From: Octopus vulgaris | Lineage: Eukaryota | Length of the DNA stretch: 64,000 nucleotides | Direction: 5' to 3' | Assembly: GCA_951406725.2 (NCBI GenBank) | Contig: OX597824.1 | Span: 7,130,001-7,194,000, forward strand | Shown: positions 1 through 13,378 of the stretch, one piece after another | Layout of the letters: each line of letters begins with the position of its first letter | Position numbering within the stretch: position 1 is the stretch's first letter | Program-made: the position numbers and the translations under genes | Notes under the pieces: model-generated | The model's database searches: none | The model's input: only the letters and a program-made list of their open reading frames with translations | Told to the model about the DNA's origin: nothing

Positions 1-333
1 GTGGGAGAAAGAAGAGAGGAAGGGGAGAGCAGGGAAGAGTGGGAGAGAGAGAGAAGAGAGGAAGAGGAGAGTGGGGGAGAGAGAAGAGAGGGAGAGAGAG
101 AAGAGTGGGCAAGAGAGGAGAGTGAGAGAGGAGCATGAGAGAGAGGAGAGAGAAGAGTGTGAGAGTAGTGGGAGAGGGAGTGAGAGGAGAGTGGGAGAGA
201 GAAGAGAATGAAAGAGAGAGGAGCATCAGAGAGGAGAGAGGAGAGGGAGGAGTGTGAGGGAGAGAAGAGAGAAATGAGTGAGTGAGAGAGAAGAATGGGA
301 GAGAGAGGAGAGCGAAAAAGAGAGGAGAGAGAG
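1..333. repeat. GA-rich polypurine low-complexity tract
   Basis: Almost pure A/G with (GA)n and GGAGA units; explains ORFs 226-423 and 278-466. Confidence 0.9.
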
Positions 334-959
334 GTATGATCTGAAAGAAATACAGAGAAAATTTGATAGATTCTTTTTAAAGTCCCTTTCATGTGGATTA
401 TTAAAACAAGTGAACGGCAGCACTTATATTGGAAGGCGGCACCATAAAACGGTGAGGAGTGTGTAAATGGTTTTAGTTCTCAATAAACTATTAGCTTAAC
501 AATTATTTTAGAAATACAAGTTTCAAATTGTTTGAGAAAAGAAAGAGAGAAAGAGAGAGAAAATAATAAGATACGGTAAAATGGAAAAACAATAAAAAGT
601 TTCCCCCACACCCAGGATAATCAACAAAGCCAGTGATTAGCTTAAGTGCAGAGAAATTTTGATTTTGTTAGGGAAAACTAGAGAAACGTAGGTGCACACA
701 CATTGGTAAAAGCAGCAATCAAATGGAATTAACAAATTGAATACATGATTGTTTCACTATGAAATATACCTAATTCGCTTTTATATTTGTATACAGAATT
801 TTTTTTGTAATCTATAAAGTTTTGTATTATTTTTTTTATTTACGTTTATAATTGCTTTGAAGTTTAGAAAAAAAACAAAAACGAAATCGATATAGATGTA
901 AAGCAATTATCACCACCTACTGATTGTATAAAATAAAACTCATAAAAGTAACAAATTCC

Positions 960-1018
960 AGAGAAAGAGAGAGAGGGAGGGGGGAGAAAGAGAAGGAATG
1001 AGAGAGAGAGAGAGAAGG

Positions 1019-1054
<36 letters not shown>

Positions 1055-1100
1055 AAGGAATCAGAGAGAGAGAAAGAGAAGGAATGAGAGAGAGGAAGAA
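960..1100. repeat. (GA)n / AGGAATGAGAG compound microsatellite
   Basis: Direct inspection. Confidence 0.9.
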
Positions 1101-1588
1101 CAGAAATGAAATAAAAATTCTTTGGCATCTATCATGTATCTAATTAAACAGTGTTGTTATATTAAACTTGATTATATAAGACTTTTGAAATAATATATTT
1201 TTTCATCCGCAGAATTTTCTTTCCATACAGAACAAGTACATTTCACTTCAAAGTCACCCAGTTTGTTATGCACTGCTACAGTCTTTCACCCGATCTATCA
1301 AATATAAGGACAAAAATGATTTGGCGCCATTGCTTTTGTTCAGTCTTTTTCATTGATTGGCTGGTATTTTCTCGTTTTACCCTCCATTCTATCCTGTCTT
1401 AAACCAGGCTTTGGAATAGATATGTTGAATGCCTACACGCAGTAAGACATATTCAAAAGGGTTGTCTTAATTTATCCAATTCTTTCTTGAGTGGCCAATA
1501 TTATATAAGAGAGGGCCAAGAAATTTGGTGAACGGAAGGGCATCTGGCACAAAACAGTGATGCAGAAAAATCATCCAGTTTATATTAT

Positions 1589-1867
1589 CATCATCATCAT
1601 TGTTTAACGTCTGTTTTCCGTACTAGCACAGGTTGGACAGTTTGACCGGGGTCTGGGAAGCCAGGAGACTGCACCAGGCTCCAGTCTGATCTGGCAGTGT
1701 TTCTACAGCTGGATGCTCTTCCTAGCCAACCACTCCGTGAGTGTAGTGGGTGTTTTTTACGTGCCACCAACACAGGTGCCAGGGGAAGCTGGCAGTGGCC
1801 ACGATCAGTTGGTGCTTTTTACGTGCCACCAGCACAGAAGCCAGTCAAGGTGGTGCTGGCATCAGCT
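1589..1867 (-). mobile_element. 3' end of RTE-clade LINE (or RTE-tailed non-autonomous element)
   Basis: (CAT)n tail, then TTTAACGTCTGTTTTCC...CTACAGCTGGATGCTCTTCCTAGCCAACCAC; same sequence as the 3' UTR of the coding copy at 50541-51210. Confidence 0.8.
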
Positions 1868-3280
1868 TGGAAAAGTGGATGTAACACACTGCTGACAGCA
1901 AAGAATCTCTTCTTTAATACCAAAAACAAAAACTACTGAAGATTGGAACTCCTTTCTGTTTTTTCAACAATTACAAAACATTTTTTTTCCTTTTGCCTCA
2001 GAATTTGGCTCTTGGATGGTAGCTACACTGCATTCAAAAAGTATTATTCTGGGTGTTTTAACAAATCATACAAGAGAAAAAAAAAACATAAATTGTAGTG
2101 AAAATGAAAAGCAACATAAATGTAGATATATTCACATTTACATTTCTTTCTGATATTAGCATCCAAATATATTTTAAATTGATCCCACGTATCTATCTAT
2201 TTTTTTCAAAATGGTTTCCTGACTAATTCATTTCTGAGATAAAAAATACAGTTCAATAGTTCAGTAAACAGAAATGAAATAATATATATACACATATATA
2301 TATATATTATTTCATTTCTGTATATATATATATATATATATAAAGATAGATAGATATATACGATAGTGTATATGTATGTATGTGTGCATATTTATATGTG
2401 CATATGAGCATGTGTATAATTTTGTTTTCTTCCATTAACTTTTTGGTTAATACCAGGTCTAATAAAGTTTTTCTTATCTGTCATTCTGTAATGGAATTAC
2501 AATTGGTGTACACATCAAATGTAAACTTACTAGTTTCGAGAAGTTTTGCCAAAACTACCTACATATTTTTCTTTCTTACAAGAATTCGATATTTTGCTTA
2601 AAAGAAAGGCTCAGATATGTGAAGTCAATAAATATAAATTCTTTTCTAAACCCAATATCACCTGCCACACACACACACACACACACACATGCAAGGACAC
2701 ACACATGCATTTTTAGATATATCACAACACAGCTGAACAAAAAATTACTTTGCTAGCTTAAGTGCTAAGGGGAGATGACACAGACCCTATTTTTCCATTC
2801 TACCAAAATCAATTCAGGATGTATGATTTTCAAATTTCCTTCCAGTTTTTTTTTTTTTTTTTTCTTTTCACCCCTGAGAAATAAAAACCAGAAGAGAACA
2901 AAAAGAAATGTGGTTGTATTTACACCATAATCCAATCAATAATCGGTGGCTTTGTGTACTTCCGATATGGGGGGGGGGGGGAAAGATGGACACTTGCAAA
3001 CTCACTGCATGATAGAATAGGATTTAGGGCACCGGTAAAAGAGTTGATTGTATTCTTTCCCACAGCATATTGTGCAAAAGAAAATGATTTTCACTGGTGT
3101 CTACACATTGCACAATGAAACTGTATTGTAAACTTCCATGTCAACAACTGCAACAACAACAACAACAACAAAATGAATTTTTGTTAGAATCTTCCAGTGA
3201 ACAACAACAACAACAACAACAGCAGCAGCAGCAGAAGCAGCTATGTTTTTACTTGTGTTTCAGTCATAATAATAATAATC

Positions 3281-3512
3281 CTTTCACCTACAGACACAAG
3301 ACCTGCAATTGTGGTGGGTGGGGCAAATTGATAACACTGACCTCAGTACTCAACTGAGACCCGTTTCAATGACCCCCCAAAAGGACAATAGGCAGAGTCT
3401 CAACTATGGCAGAATTTGAACTCAGAATTTGAACTCAGAATTTATGGGTGGACAAAATACCACAAAGCATTTTGTACAGTGTGCTAACAATTCTCCCAGC
3501 TTGCTACCTTAA
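3281..3512 (-). mobile_element. Degenerate tRNA-derived SINE (Meta-domain-like family)
   Basis: Diverged match to the 15821-16052 family (AATTTGAACTCAGAA, GCATTTTG..GTGCTAAC..CCAGCTTGCTACCTT). Confidence 0.6.
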
Positions 3513-3572
3513 TAATAATAATGATAATAATAATAATAATGATAATAATAATAATCATAATAATAATAATTC

Positions 3573-3889
3573 ACCCTTGGAAACATGAGTGTTTTGTTCA
3601 ACATCCTTAAACAACCCTTATTCAGGGACCTTTTGAGCAGGATGGGCTACTCGACCAGAAGAAAGTTCTAACTGGGCCCCACCTGCAAGGTCATGCACTG
3701 TTTATTTTGATATGAGATCACCATGTTGTGCACATATGGTTGTGGTGCATGTGCCTGGTGTACCCTTATCAGACGGGTAGTCATGATGGCTATACTGGGC
3801 TCATATATTTTAACCCAGTGTCACTTTGATGGCATGCACTGCTCTGTCATAACAATAATAATAATAACAATAATAATAATAATAATAAT
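3573..3889 (+). mobile_element. 3' UTR fragment of a (TAA)n-associated non-LTR retroelement (R4/Dong-like)
   Basis: About 275 bp of complex sequence bounded by (TAA)n on both sides (3511-3570, 3849-3889); no ORF; family assignment inferred. Confidence 0.5.
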
Positions 3890-4081
3890 TGCTACTATTG
3901 GCATAAGGCCCAAAATTTGGGCAGGATGGTGTTGTTGATGACAATGATACCAGTGTTCAACTGATACTTATTTTATCGACCCCAGACGGACGAAAACCAA
4001 AGTTGACTTTGGAGGAATTTGAGCTCAGAATACAAGGCCGGAAGAAATGCCAATAAACATTTTGTTCAGCTTGCTACCTCA
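3890..4081 (-). mobile_element. Degenerate Meta-domain-like SINE
   Basis: TACTTATTTTATCGACCCC...AAAGTTGACTTTGGAGGAATTTGAGCTCAGAA. Confidence 0.6.
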
Positions 4082-5101
4082 ATAACAGCAACAACAAGAA
4101 CACTGTGAATATAATTCTAGCAACACGTTTGAGGATTTCAAAGAAACATTGTTCATTCATGGTTTTGTAGTCAAGAACCTGACAATGCCTTTGTTAGTAA
4201 TAGATCAATAGTTTGGGTGTTTTTTCAAGAAAAGCTGTCTGTATTCCTGTTGACTTTTCACACGGCCCAATATCAAAACATAAATACACAGAATGCAACT
4301 AATGAAGACGATGAAAATTATAAAATAATAATATATTGATTGATCCTTCATCTTAAGCTTTACATGTATTTGCATTTTTTATGATTTCTTTGTAACGAAG
4401 AATCACTCCAGGCCCGTTGCTTTGTTTTGCTTTCTATTCTGATATGAAAAATATGAAGGCAGCAGAGCTTACCAAGAATATCTAGAGAATTGTTTTGAAA
4501 CTTCAAAGTTTTGTACTATTGTATGTTCCTGAAGATGTGGGTGTATACCATTTCAGCTTTTATCTGAAGACTGGCAAATCAAAACAACAGCATGAAAGTG
4601 AAAGTAACCGTGGCACTGTATCTTTTAGTTGACCTTATGGTTAGAAATTTGTTATGTTCTTCTATAGAAGAGGAAATAATGAAAACAAATATGGTGAACC
4701 ACCTCAAACGGAAATAAGGGTTTATATTGAGAAGTGTAATTATTTATTAATACATTTCATTCTTTTCAAATCAGCAGGATTGTTTGTAACGAATGCAACT
4801 GCATTTAATATTTTACTGTTTATTGAAGAAAAAAAGTTTTTGAAAATCACTGAGGCAGATGAATGGTTACGTTAGAAGCACATCCTCCAATCAATTACCT
4901 TTGCAAAAGCATCACTCAAACTAACATGATACAGGTTTGTTACAGTGTATGTGGGGAAAAATAGTCATAGATACGAGTATATTTATGCAAGTGTGAATGT
5001 AATAGGTCTATGAGAGTGTGCGTTTACATATAATTTATACGTGTGGGCATTGGCATAAAATAATACACACACACACACATACATATGATGGTATGCATGT
5101 G

Positions 5102-5105
<4 letters not shown>

Positions 5106-5160
<55 letters not shown>

Positions 5161-5521
5161 TTATAAAAAAGAAGTTTGAAAACGCCACTATATAAGATAA
5201 ATTTTAATTTTCTGAATGTGTATGCATGTTGTGTGTGTGTGTACATGTATTTTTGTGCATGAGTGTATGTGGCTGTACATATATTTGTGTGGAAGTGCAT
5301 GTATGTTGTGTGTGTGTGTGCGTGCTTGTGTGTGTGTGTGTGTGCGTGCTTGTGTGTGTGCATGCTTGTGTGTGAGTGGTTGTGTGTGTGTGAATGTGTG
5401 TACATGTATTTTTGTGCATGAATGTATGTGGCTGTATATATGTTTGTGTGAAAGTGTATGCATGCTGCATGCGTGCACATGCTTGTGTGTGTGTGTGTGT
5501 GTGAGTATGTGCATGCATGCA
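5106..5521. repeat. (TA)n plus (TG)n/TGCA compound repeat with internal duplication
   Basis: TGTACATGTATTTTTGTGCATGA.TGTATGTGGCTGTA.ATAT occurs twice (~5239 and ~5399). Confidence 0.85.
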
Positions 5522-6003
5522 TCCAGAAATATCTTCATATTTGTCTCTCACCTCTCGGCAGCAGGAGAAGCCATGCTGCAAATGCTTAAAAATAATCTAC
5601 AATCTACAAATGCTTCAATTTAAATTCTACCTTTCTTCTTTATCTGATCTGAAACAAACGATGAACTATGAACCAAATTAATTTTTATCAAACGTCTCAA
5701 TCAAATATTTCAGACTTTCACTATCAAATTTTCTTTATTCAATTTCTCACCAAATGTGATGTCATTACTACACCTTTAATTAGGTTCCATACCTGAGGTT
5801 CGGCATTTTTAAAACAGACTTGCTTATAAATGTAAACAGAATAAATATCGTAGTTGGAACATGATTAAATTTAATTAGATTAAGTACTGAGGTAAACAAA
5901 AGAATACAATGGATTTAATTAACGAGAAGAAACAGATATAGTAAGCCTCACTCCGCTCAAGGAGATAATGGAAATAAATAACTAATGAAATTTAATGTGT
6001 GTG

Positions 6004-6039
<36 letters not shown>

Positions 6040-6040
6040 C

Positions 6041-6071
<31 letters not shown>

Positions 6072-6089
6072 CGTGTGCATATCATTATC

Positions 6090-6838
6090 ATTGTTGTCGT
6101 TGTCATATAATGTCTGCTTTCCATGCTGGCATGGGTTGGACGGCTTGACAAAAATTAAGGAGCTGAAAGGATGCGTTGTGCTCCAATGGAATCTATGGCA
6201 TTGTTTCCATGGTTGGACGCCCTTCCTAAGGCCGACCCCTTTACAGAGTGAGCTGGGTGCCTTTTCTGGTGCCACCAGAACTAGCGAGGCTGTAATGCAA
6301 CTTGCAGAAAGGGACAGAGGTACCACTCCAAGGAGACACACATACATATGCACATACACACATACAAACACACACATGCATGCATACATGTACACATACA
6401 TATATACATACCCATTCACACACACATGCATGCATACATATAAACATACATATATACATATATACATACACATTCACATACACATGCATACATACAGACA
6501 TACAGACATACATATATACATACACATTAACACCCACAGGCATGCATACATATACACATACATATATACATATATACATACACATTCACACATACACACA
6601 CATGCATGCATATATATACACATACATATATACATACATACACATTCACACACATGCATGCATACATATACACATACATATATACATATATACATACACA
6701 TTAACACACAGAGGCATGCATACATATACACATACATATATACATATATACATACACATTCACACACACACACACATGAATGCATACCCATGCTAGCATG
6801 GAAAACGGACGCTAAACAATGATGATGATGATGATGAT
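6090..6838. mobile_element. Two oppositely oriented RTE 3' tails flanking a CA/TA higher-order minisatellite
   Basis: CTTTCCATGCTGGCATGGG at ~6117 (minus) and CCCATGCTAGCATGGAAAACGG..(GAT)n at 6787-6838 (plus); repeated CA/TA units 6336-6785. Confidence 0.7.
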
Positions 6839-7284
6839 ACACATACATATATACACATACATATATACATATATACATACATTCACACACACACACACAC
6901 ATGCACGCATATATATATACACATACATACACATACATTCATACGCACACACAGAAACACACATCCATACATATACTTACATACACACACATATGCATAC
7001 AGATAGATAGCTAGACAGACAGACAGGCAGATAGGGTTATACGTATTTATGTATCTACATAATTAGCATTCATTCACTGGAAGAATGCGTTCATTGTATA
7101 ACTAATTACGTATGCATTTGTTAACATACACAAACGCAATCGTGGATGCAAGTTTGTATGCGTAAGCAAATATATGCAGTTGGAATATCAATACGTCTCT
7201 CCTCACCTCTTCCTCTCCCTCCCCCTCTTTCTTCATCAACATGCACACACACACACACGCACAGACACACTAATATTAGCTAAC

Positions 7285-7388
7285 TGACCTTCCCAAGGTA
7301 AAATTGTGTGTGTGTGTGTGTATGTATGCACATACTTGTATTCATACATGTGGGGCTCTATATAACTGCACATGTATGAGTGTGTATG

Positions 7389-7423
<35 letters not shown>

Positions 7424-7578
7424 ACGTGTGTGTATTTGTGTGTATGCACATATGCAAATATACATATTCACCTTTTGCCAACATATATATATATATACTT
7501 ATGTACATTCTTGTATACATTGTATATATATACACACACACATACACATGCAGATACATACAACTGCACATGTGAGTG

Positions 7579-7625
<47 letters not shown>

Positions 7626-7990
7626 ATATGTATGTGTGTGTATACACATATGAAATACACAAATGCACCTTCTCCCAATATATATATATATATGTATATA
7701 CTTGTATACATTGTATATATATACACACACACATACACATATATACTTGTATACATTGTATATATATACACACACACACACATACATACAACTGCACATG
7801 TGAGTGTGTGTGTGTGTGTGTGTATATATGTATGTGTGTGTATACACATATGCAAATACATAAATGCACCTTCTCCCAATATATATATATATATATGTAT
7901 ATACTTGTATACATTGTACACACACACAGACACATATATGTACAGAGAGAAAGAGAGTGCGAGAGACTCTCACACACAACTTGTATACAT
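7285..7990. repeat. Higher-order TG/TA minisatellite (~200-240 bp unit, ~3 copies)
   Basis: Recurring anchors AACTGCACATGT, CACCTTCTCCCAATAT, CTTGTATACATTGTA. Confidence 0.8.
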
Positions 7991-8320
7991 GCACAAAAAC
8001 ATGGCCATACAAACAAGATATTATTTATTTATCAATAAAATCAATAAAAGGGAGTAGAAAGCATGTTCTTCCTATTGATGCCCAGTGAAACAAATTTTAC
8101 CAATAATAATTTTTATTTGAACAGGTAACTAACAGCCTCTTATCTTCTACAGCTGAACATATTTCCATTGATTCAAAAAGCTATTTGGTTGGCAACAAAC
8201 AACCAACATCTATAAAAAAAACTATTGCAATGTAATATAAAGCTTGAAAATAATTGAAGAGATAATAAAGTTTTACTTATTGAATAGGTAATGAGCAGAA
8301 TACAGTTAATTTTATTCCAT

Positions 8321-8443
8321 ACTAGCAGTATCGCCCGGCATTGTTCGGGTTTGTTTCGACCCTTTAGAATTGGAATTTTTGGAAAGTAAAAATTTTGCAT
8401 TATGTAGCTTGTTATTCTCTTTAAGTGAACGTCTTTCTGGTTG
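8321..8443 (-). mobile_element. Non-autonomous Helitron, 3'-terminal fragment
   Basis: Minus strand ends with hairpin CCCGAACAATGCCGGG then CTAG|T; same family as 8803, 41294 and 57037. Confidence 0.75.
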
Positions 8444-8802
8444 GGTCCTTGAGAATAATATCAGAAGGTATCAAGAGGAATATAAAGGGAATTGGAATAG
8501 AGTGCCCAGTAGGTTTGCTTCCTTGGCACCACCAGAATAATTGCAGGCCTTGTGTCTGTAGGTGAAAGGATTATTTTTATTAATATTGTTGTTATTAAGG
8601 TGGTGAGCTGGTACAACTGGTAGTGTGTCTGACAAAATGCTTAGTGGCAACTCTTCTGGGTTCAAACCCAACCAAAGTCAGCATTGTGGTTGCAAATTAA
8701 ATTATTTAACCACACAACCATGTTGTTTTGTGGTTCATTGCCATTGCCCAGGACTTTGGCCATTTGTCTTCTGTTTTAAGCCTGTGAGTCCTTTATGAGT
8801 AA

Positions 8803-9193
8803 ATTAGCAGTATCGTCCGGCATTGCTTAGGTTTGTTTCGACCCTTTAGAATTGGAATTTTTGAAAAATAAAAATTTAGCATTATGCAGCTTGTTATTCT
8901 CTTTAACTGAACATTTTCTGGTTGAAATACACCGAAAAATGGCGACACAGCAGTAAAAAAATCGTAAAAAGTAGGGATTTTCATAGAAAAAATGCACTTT
9001 TTTCGATGTAAATAATTTTTGGTGTTAACATGGTCCGATTTGAAATTTTTCTTATATGGAAGGAAGAGCAAGCCTTCTTATATCATACTCTCAATTTTGG
9101 TCAACTTGCGCCACAGGGTCTTGGAGGAGATAGTGTTAATTGAAGGCTACCAAACCTGCCACACACAGACAACTTCAGTTTTATATATATAGA
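8803..9193 (-). mobile_element. Non-autonomous Helitron (~390 bp)
   Basis: 5' TCTATATATATAA end and 3' hairpin plus CTA(A/G) end; high identity to 41294-41687. Confidence 0.8.
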
Positions 9194-9307
9194 TTTTCTG
9201 GGGAAATTTCTTTCCTAACCATTTTGAGCCAGTGAGGAAATATCTAAGCAATTGGTAGACCTGCTAGACATAGCAGCCAAGCTTTTCTCAAATTGCATCC
9301 TACTATT

Positions 9308-9697
9308 CTTGTATTTGTTTCAGAGTCATTTGACTGCAGCCATGCTGGAGTGCCACCTTTAGTCGAACAAATAGACCCCAGGACTTATTCTTTGCAAGCC
9401 TATCGGTCTATTTTGCCGAACTGCAAAGTTGTGGGGACGTAAATACATCAACGTCGGTTGTCAAGCGATGATGATGGACAAACACAGACACACTAACATA
9501 TACAAATGCATACACACACACACATATATACATATATATGATGGGCTTCCTTCAGTTTCCATCTACCAAATCCACTCACCAGGCTTTCATCAGCCCAAGG
9601 CTATAGTAGAAGACACTTGGCCAAGGTGCCATGCAGTGGGATTGAACCCTGAACCATGTGGTTGGTAAGCAAGCTACTTACCACACAGCCACTCCTG
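9308..9697 (-). mobile_element. tRNA-derived CORE-like SINE (octopus OR2-type)
   Basis: Reverse complement of GGAGTGGCTGTGTGGTAAGTAGCTTGC..GGTTCA..CACCTTGG(G)CAAGTGTCTTCTAC; internal TA/TG microsatellite. Confidence 0.85.
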
Positions 9698-9759
9698 TTT
9701 TTTTTTTTTGTTTTTTGTTTTGTATTAAAGAAAAAAACAAAATGAAGACTTAAGTAGAC

Positions 9760-10150
9760 ATAGCTGTGTTTTGGTTAGAAGTCCACTTTGCAACCACATG
9801 GCTTCAGGTTCTATCCCATTGTATGACATCCAAGCCCAATGTCTTTTGCTATAACCCTGGGCCAACCAATACCTTGTGAACGATTCTGGTTGATGGAAAC
9901 TAAGTGGAATCCCATTATGCGGGGAGTGGTGTACCTGCATGTGTCTTTGTGTTTGTACCCATGCCACAGCTTGCAAACTTGCGTTAGTTTCTCTATGCCA
10001 CTCTGTAAATTAGCATCTTGGCAAAAGGAATTACTAGAATCAACAGCAGACTTAAAAGGGAAAATACCGATTATTGGAGCCCTTAATGGCTCGACTAAAC
10101 CCTTCATGGTTGTGGCCCAGCATTGCCACGGTCCAATGAACACAACAAGT
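9760..10150 (+). mobile_element. Older diverged CORE-like SINE, head-to-head with 9308-9697
   Basis: CAACCACATGGCTTCAGGTTC..; tail CCCAGCATTGCCACGGTCCAATGA..AAGTGAAAGAG. Confidence 0.7.
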
Positions 10151-11727
10151 GAAAGAGTAAATCTTCCGTAATGTGGTTTTGGATATATCACACTTGAGAA
10201 GAAAAGAAACACGAACAAAAAGGTCAGTCAGATCTGAAACACCTTCGATCATAGCTCCACTTGTGCTCATTCAAGGATGACCTTGGGCTAAATAGCACCC
10301 ACAGCTGATTATTTTATTTTATTTGTCTCTTTATTTACTTTGTTTAATGATGTGATGTCTAGCTCAGGGAGTACACGTGAAACCGTGAAGTGCTGAACAA
10401 GGTGCTCTTACATCTTATATTTACTCAATGTTCGACATTTCAATTGTACGGGCTTCGATTTTATGCCTTTTATCTCCGGCAGATTCAATAAAAACATTAT
10501 TGGCAATATAGAGGAATTGATTCGATTTATACACAAAACTGTAACACACCCCAATGATAGAAATTTGGCCTTGTGCCTGTTCACAAAAAAAAAAAGAGAT
10601 ATGAAAGATATGAAAACTTCCAACAAATATTGCTGTTTGTATTCACTGAAACGAATCACAATTCAGCATAAAAGACCCTTAACTAACAAACAAACAAAAT
10701 AAAAAAAAATTAAATTAAATTACGTAAATAAAAAATAAATTTTATTTTACAATAAATTTGAAAAAAAAAATATTGCGCAGATACTTTTTCTCTTTTTTCT
10801 TTTTTTTTTTTTTGCTATCTTTATGAAGTTACTTTCAAAATGCATTCAAATTAATAACGATTAAATTATCTGATTATCATGACGAATATAAACGCAACGA
10901 GAATACAATTGTATCTTCTGTATGGCATTGCATTTTCTCTTCTTTCTGATTGGTTATTTGTTACACTAATCTCCCGTACTTTGAGTAAATCTTCAATAAA
11001 AGCCTCTGCTTCATGTTGCTGTAGATTTTAGACATGGAAATATTAATGTTAAATAATTAGATATACTCTAATTATTTGATTAAATTTAAGAAGCCACTCT
11101 AGGTGTTCATAGTTCTTGTAAACGTAGCTTCAAGTGGCTTTCAACAATATTCAAGATGTTCAGGGTCTTTTGCGACCATATTTCTGTGGAAATACACAGC
11201 TGTTTTCTTTTAGAATAGTGAATCCCAAAACAGACAAAGCAATAAATAATAATGTCTAAAAATAAGGTTAAAAAAATCCTTTAGATAGGAAAAGTCAAAG
11301 ACTGCTCGACTCAATGTTAACAGCTTGAGATTTACCATTCCAAAAGAGAATTATTTCACACTTTTCAAGTTTATAGATTCTTATGACGTCAACAACGCTG
11401 CGACTGTTTTAATTGGTTTTGAAAATAATGAAGAATTTAGACAAAAAAATATCTTTGTCATTATTAAGCTGGTGTTTGAAATAGAAATTAACGTAAAATT
11501 TTGATGGAAAGTTTTAATTTAAGTCACTTTAAAAGAGGAAGTTTGTGTCGTAGAACTGTCTCAGTTGGGTTTGGCAGCAAAGAGATAAATGATGTTGTGT
11601 CTGGGGAGGGTCATATTGTCTTAATGCCTTATTAGCTAACACACTCACTGGTTCAATTTCCACTCATTTATTTCTTATGTTTTTTCTTCCAAAATTTTTG
11701 TTGCTTTTGCAACCTTATCAATGGATA

Positions 11728-12115
11728 CTCTCTTTTACTCTTTTTACTTGTTTCAGTCATGTGACTGTGGCCATGCTGGAGCACCGCTTTTAGTTGAGCA
11801 AATCGACCCCAGGAATTATTCTTTATAAGCCTAGTACTTATTCTATTGGTCTCTTTTGACGAATCGCTAAGTTACGGGGACATAAACACACCAGCATCAG
11901 TTATCAAGTAATGTTGGGGTGACAAACACAAACACACACACACACACACATATATACACACACATACGTCAGGCTTCTTTCAGTTTCTGTCTACCAAATC
12001 CACTCGCAAGGCTTTGGTTGGCCCGAGGCTATAGTAGAAGACACTTGCCCAAGATGCCACACAGTGGGACTGAACCCGGAACCAAGCTACTTACCACACA
12101 GCCATTCCTATGCCT
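11728..12115 (-). mobile_element. CORE-like SINE (OR2-type)
   Basis: Near full-length match to the family, with CTCTTTTA tail. Confidence 0.85.
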
Positions 12116-12148
12116 AGTAATGAAAATTTTGGATGAAAAATTATAAAT

Positions 12149-12519
12149 AACAAGAGCACTCAGAGAGTGCAAACCTCCGCCAAGGCAACACCAACGTCCT
12201 CTCAACGATTAGCCAGAGATGATTTTTTAAAATGAGAATATCTGAAATTATCTTGACTGCTCTCACAAATGAGAATACTAAAAATGAACCTGACCGCTCT
12301 CAAAAATTAAGTAGGAAAACAGAAAAATAATCCAGGACCCTTGTCCGGTACCAGATCAATTCCAAAATCTAATCAGTTCATGCCAGTCATGAGGCCAAAC
12401 ATCCCTGAACGTTTCATATGAATCCATCCAGCGGTTCTTGAGATTTCTTGTCCACAGACAAACAAACAAACAAACACGACTGAAAACAACACCTCCGCCT
12501 TTGGTAAGGCGGAGGTAAT
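12149..12519 (-). mobile_element. Helentron-associated non-autonomous element (HINE/DINE-1-like)
   Basis: SubTIRs ACCTCCGCC (12173) and GGCGGAGGT (12508), terminal palindrome 12491-12516, stem-loop GCACTC-AGA-GAGTGC 12156-12170, (CAAA)n tract, TT insertion site. Confidence 0.75.
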
Positions 12520-12780
12520 AAGTGAGTGGAAATCAAACCAGTGTGTGTGTTAGATAGTAAGGCATTATGACAATATGACTCTCTGCAGGCACAATATAGT
12601 TTGCTTCAACATATGAATTCACATAAAGATTCTTGCAAACCAGATGCAAACACAAAGATAAATGATGAATTTTAATAAAATATAAACTTTTATGAGTGAC
12701 TACTTTTCAACGATTACTGTGTGGAACTGTTTTTCTGTTATTGTGCTGCTTATGGCCTTTATTTATTTCTGATAACTATT

Positions 12781-13237
12781 TTAAACCTTTCATTACCAAC
12801 CTGGCGGAAACCGCCTCTGGTTCTGTAGTACAAATGTCTTGTTATCATAAGTTTTTAATTAAAATCTTCCACCAAACCTTAGTCACAATTTATGTTCCTA
12901 ACACTAGCTGAATGACAACGAAGTTATTTTGCTAAATTCTTTGTTATATTTAAAATTAATTGAAAGAAACACAGAGCATCTCAACAGAAATAAGGTGACA
13001 AAAGGGTTAACCCTTTCATTACCAACCCGGCTGAAACCAGCTCTAGCTCTGTAGCACAAATGTTTCGTTTTCACAAGTTTTGAATTAAAATCTTCCACGA
13101 AACCTTAGTCACAATTTATGTTCTTAACACTAGCTTAATGATAACTAAGTTATTTTATTAAATTCTTTGTTATATTTAAAATTAATTGAAAGAAACACAG
13201 AGCATCTCAAAAGAAATATTGGTAATGAAAGGGTTAA
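12781..13237 (+). mobile_element. Tandem dimer of ~230-bp TTAA-flanked (piggyBac-like) MITE
   Basis: Ends TTAACCCTTTC..TACC and GGT.A..AAAGGGTTAA; the two units share TTAA at 13007-13010. Confidence 0.85.
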
Positions 13238-13378
13238 GAAGAAAAATAATCAGCAGAAGACATTAGAGGAGACATCAGTGTGGTCACTCTATATGCTAGA
13301 AATAATAGCCTAAATTTCCTTCAGTCCACAACCTTCTAACTGCTTCTAATGTGCATCTGCCCAAGCGTAGAGGTGTGC

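Larger units (their letters stand above)
11593..12596. mobile_element. Foldback (probably Penelope-derived) element disrupted by a nested SINE and a nested HINE
   Basis: Arm 11593-11699 is the inverted complement of 12123-12150 plus 12519-12596. Confidence 0.6.

Noticed and set aside
2531-2558. Minus-strand VVLAKLLET resembling MON2 AVAKLLETG
   Set aside because: In-frame stop just upstream, no EPSLF or GLVN context, and a purine-rich acceptor region; chance match
5157-8088. Long ORFs up to 275 aa (also at 13.7-14.3, 25.5-26.1, 47-50, 52-53 and 58.5-59.3 kb)
   Set aside because: Translations of CA/TA/TG microsatellites, open in several frames and on both strands
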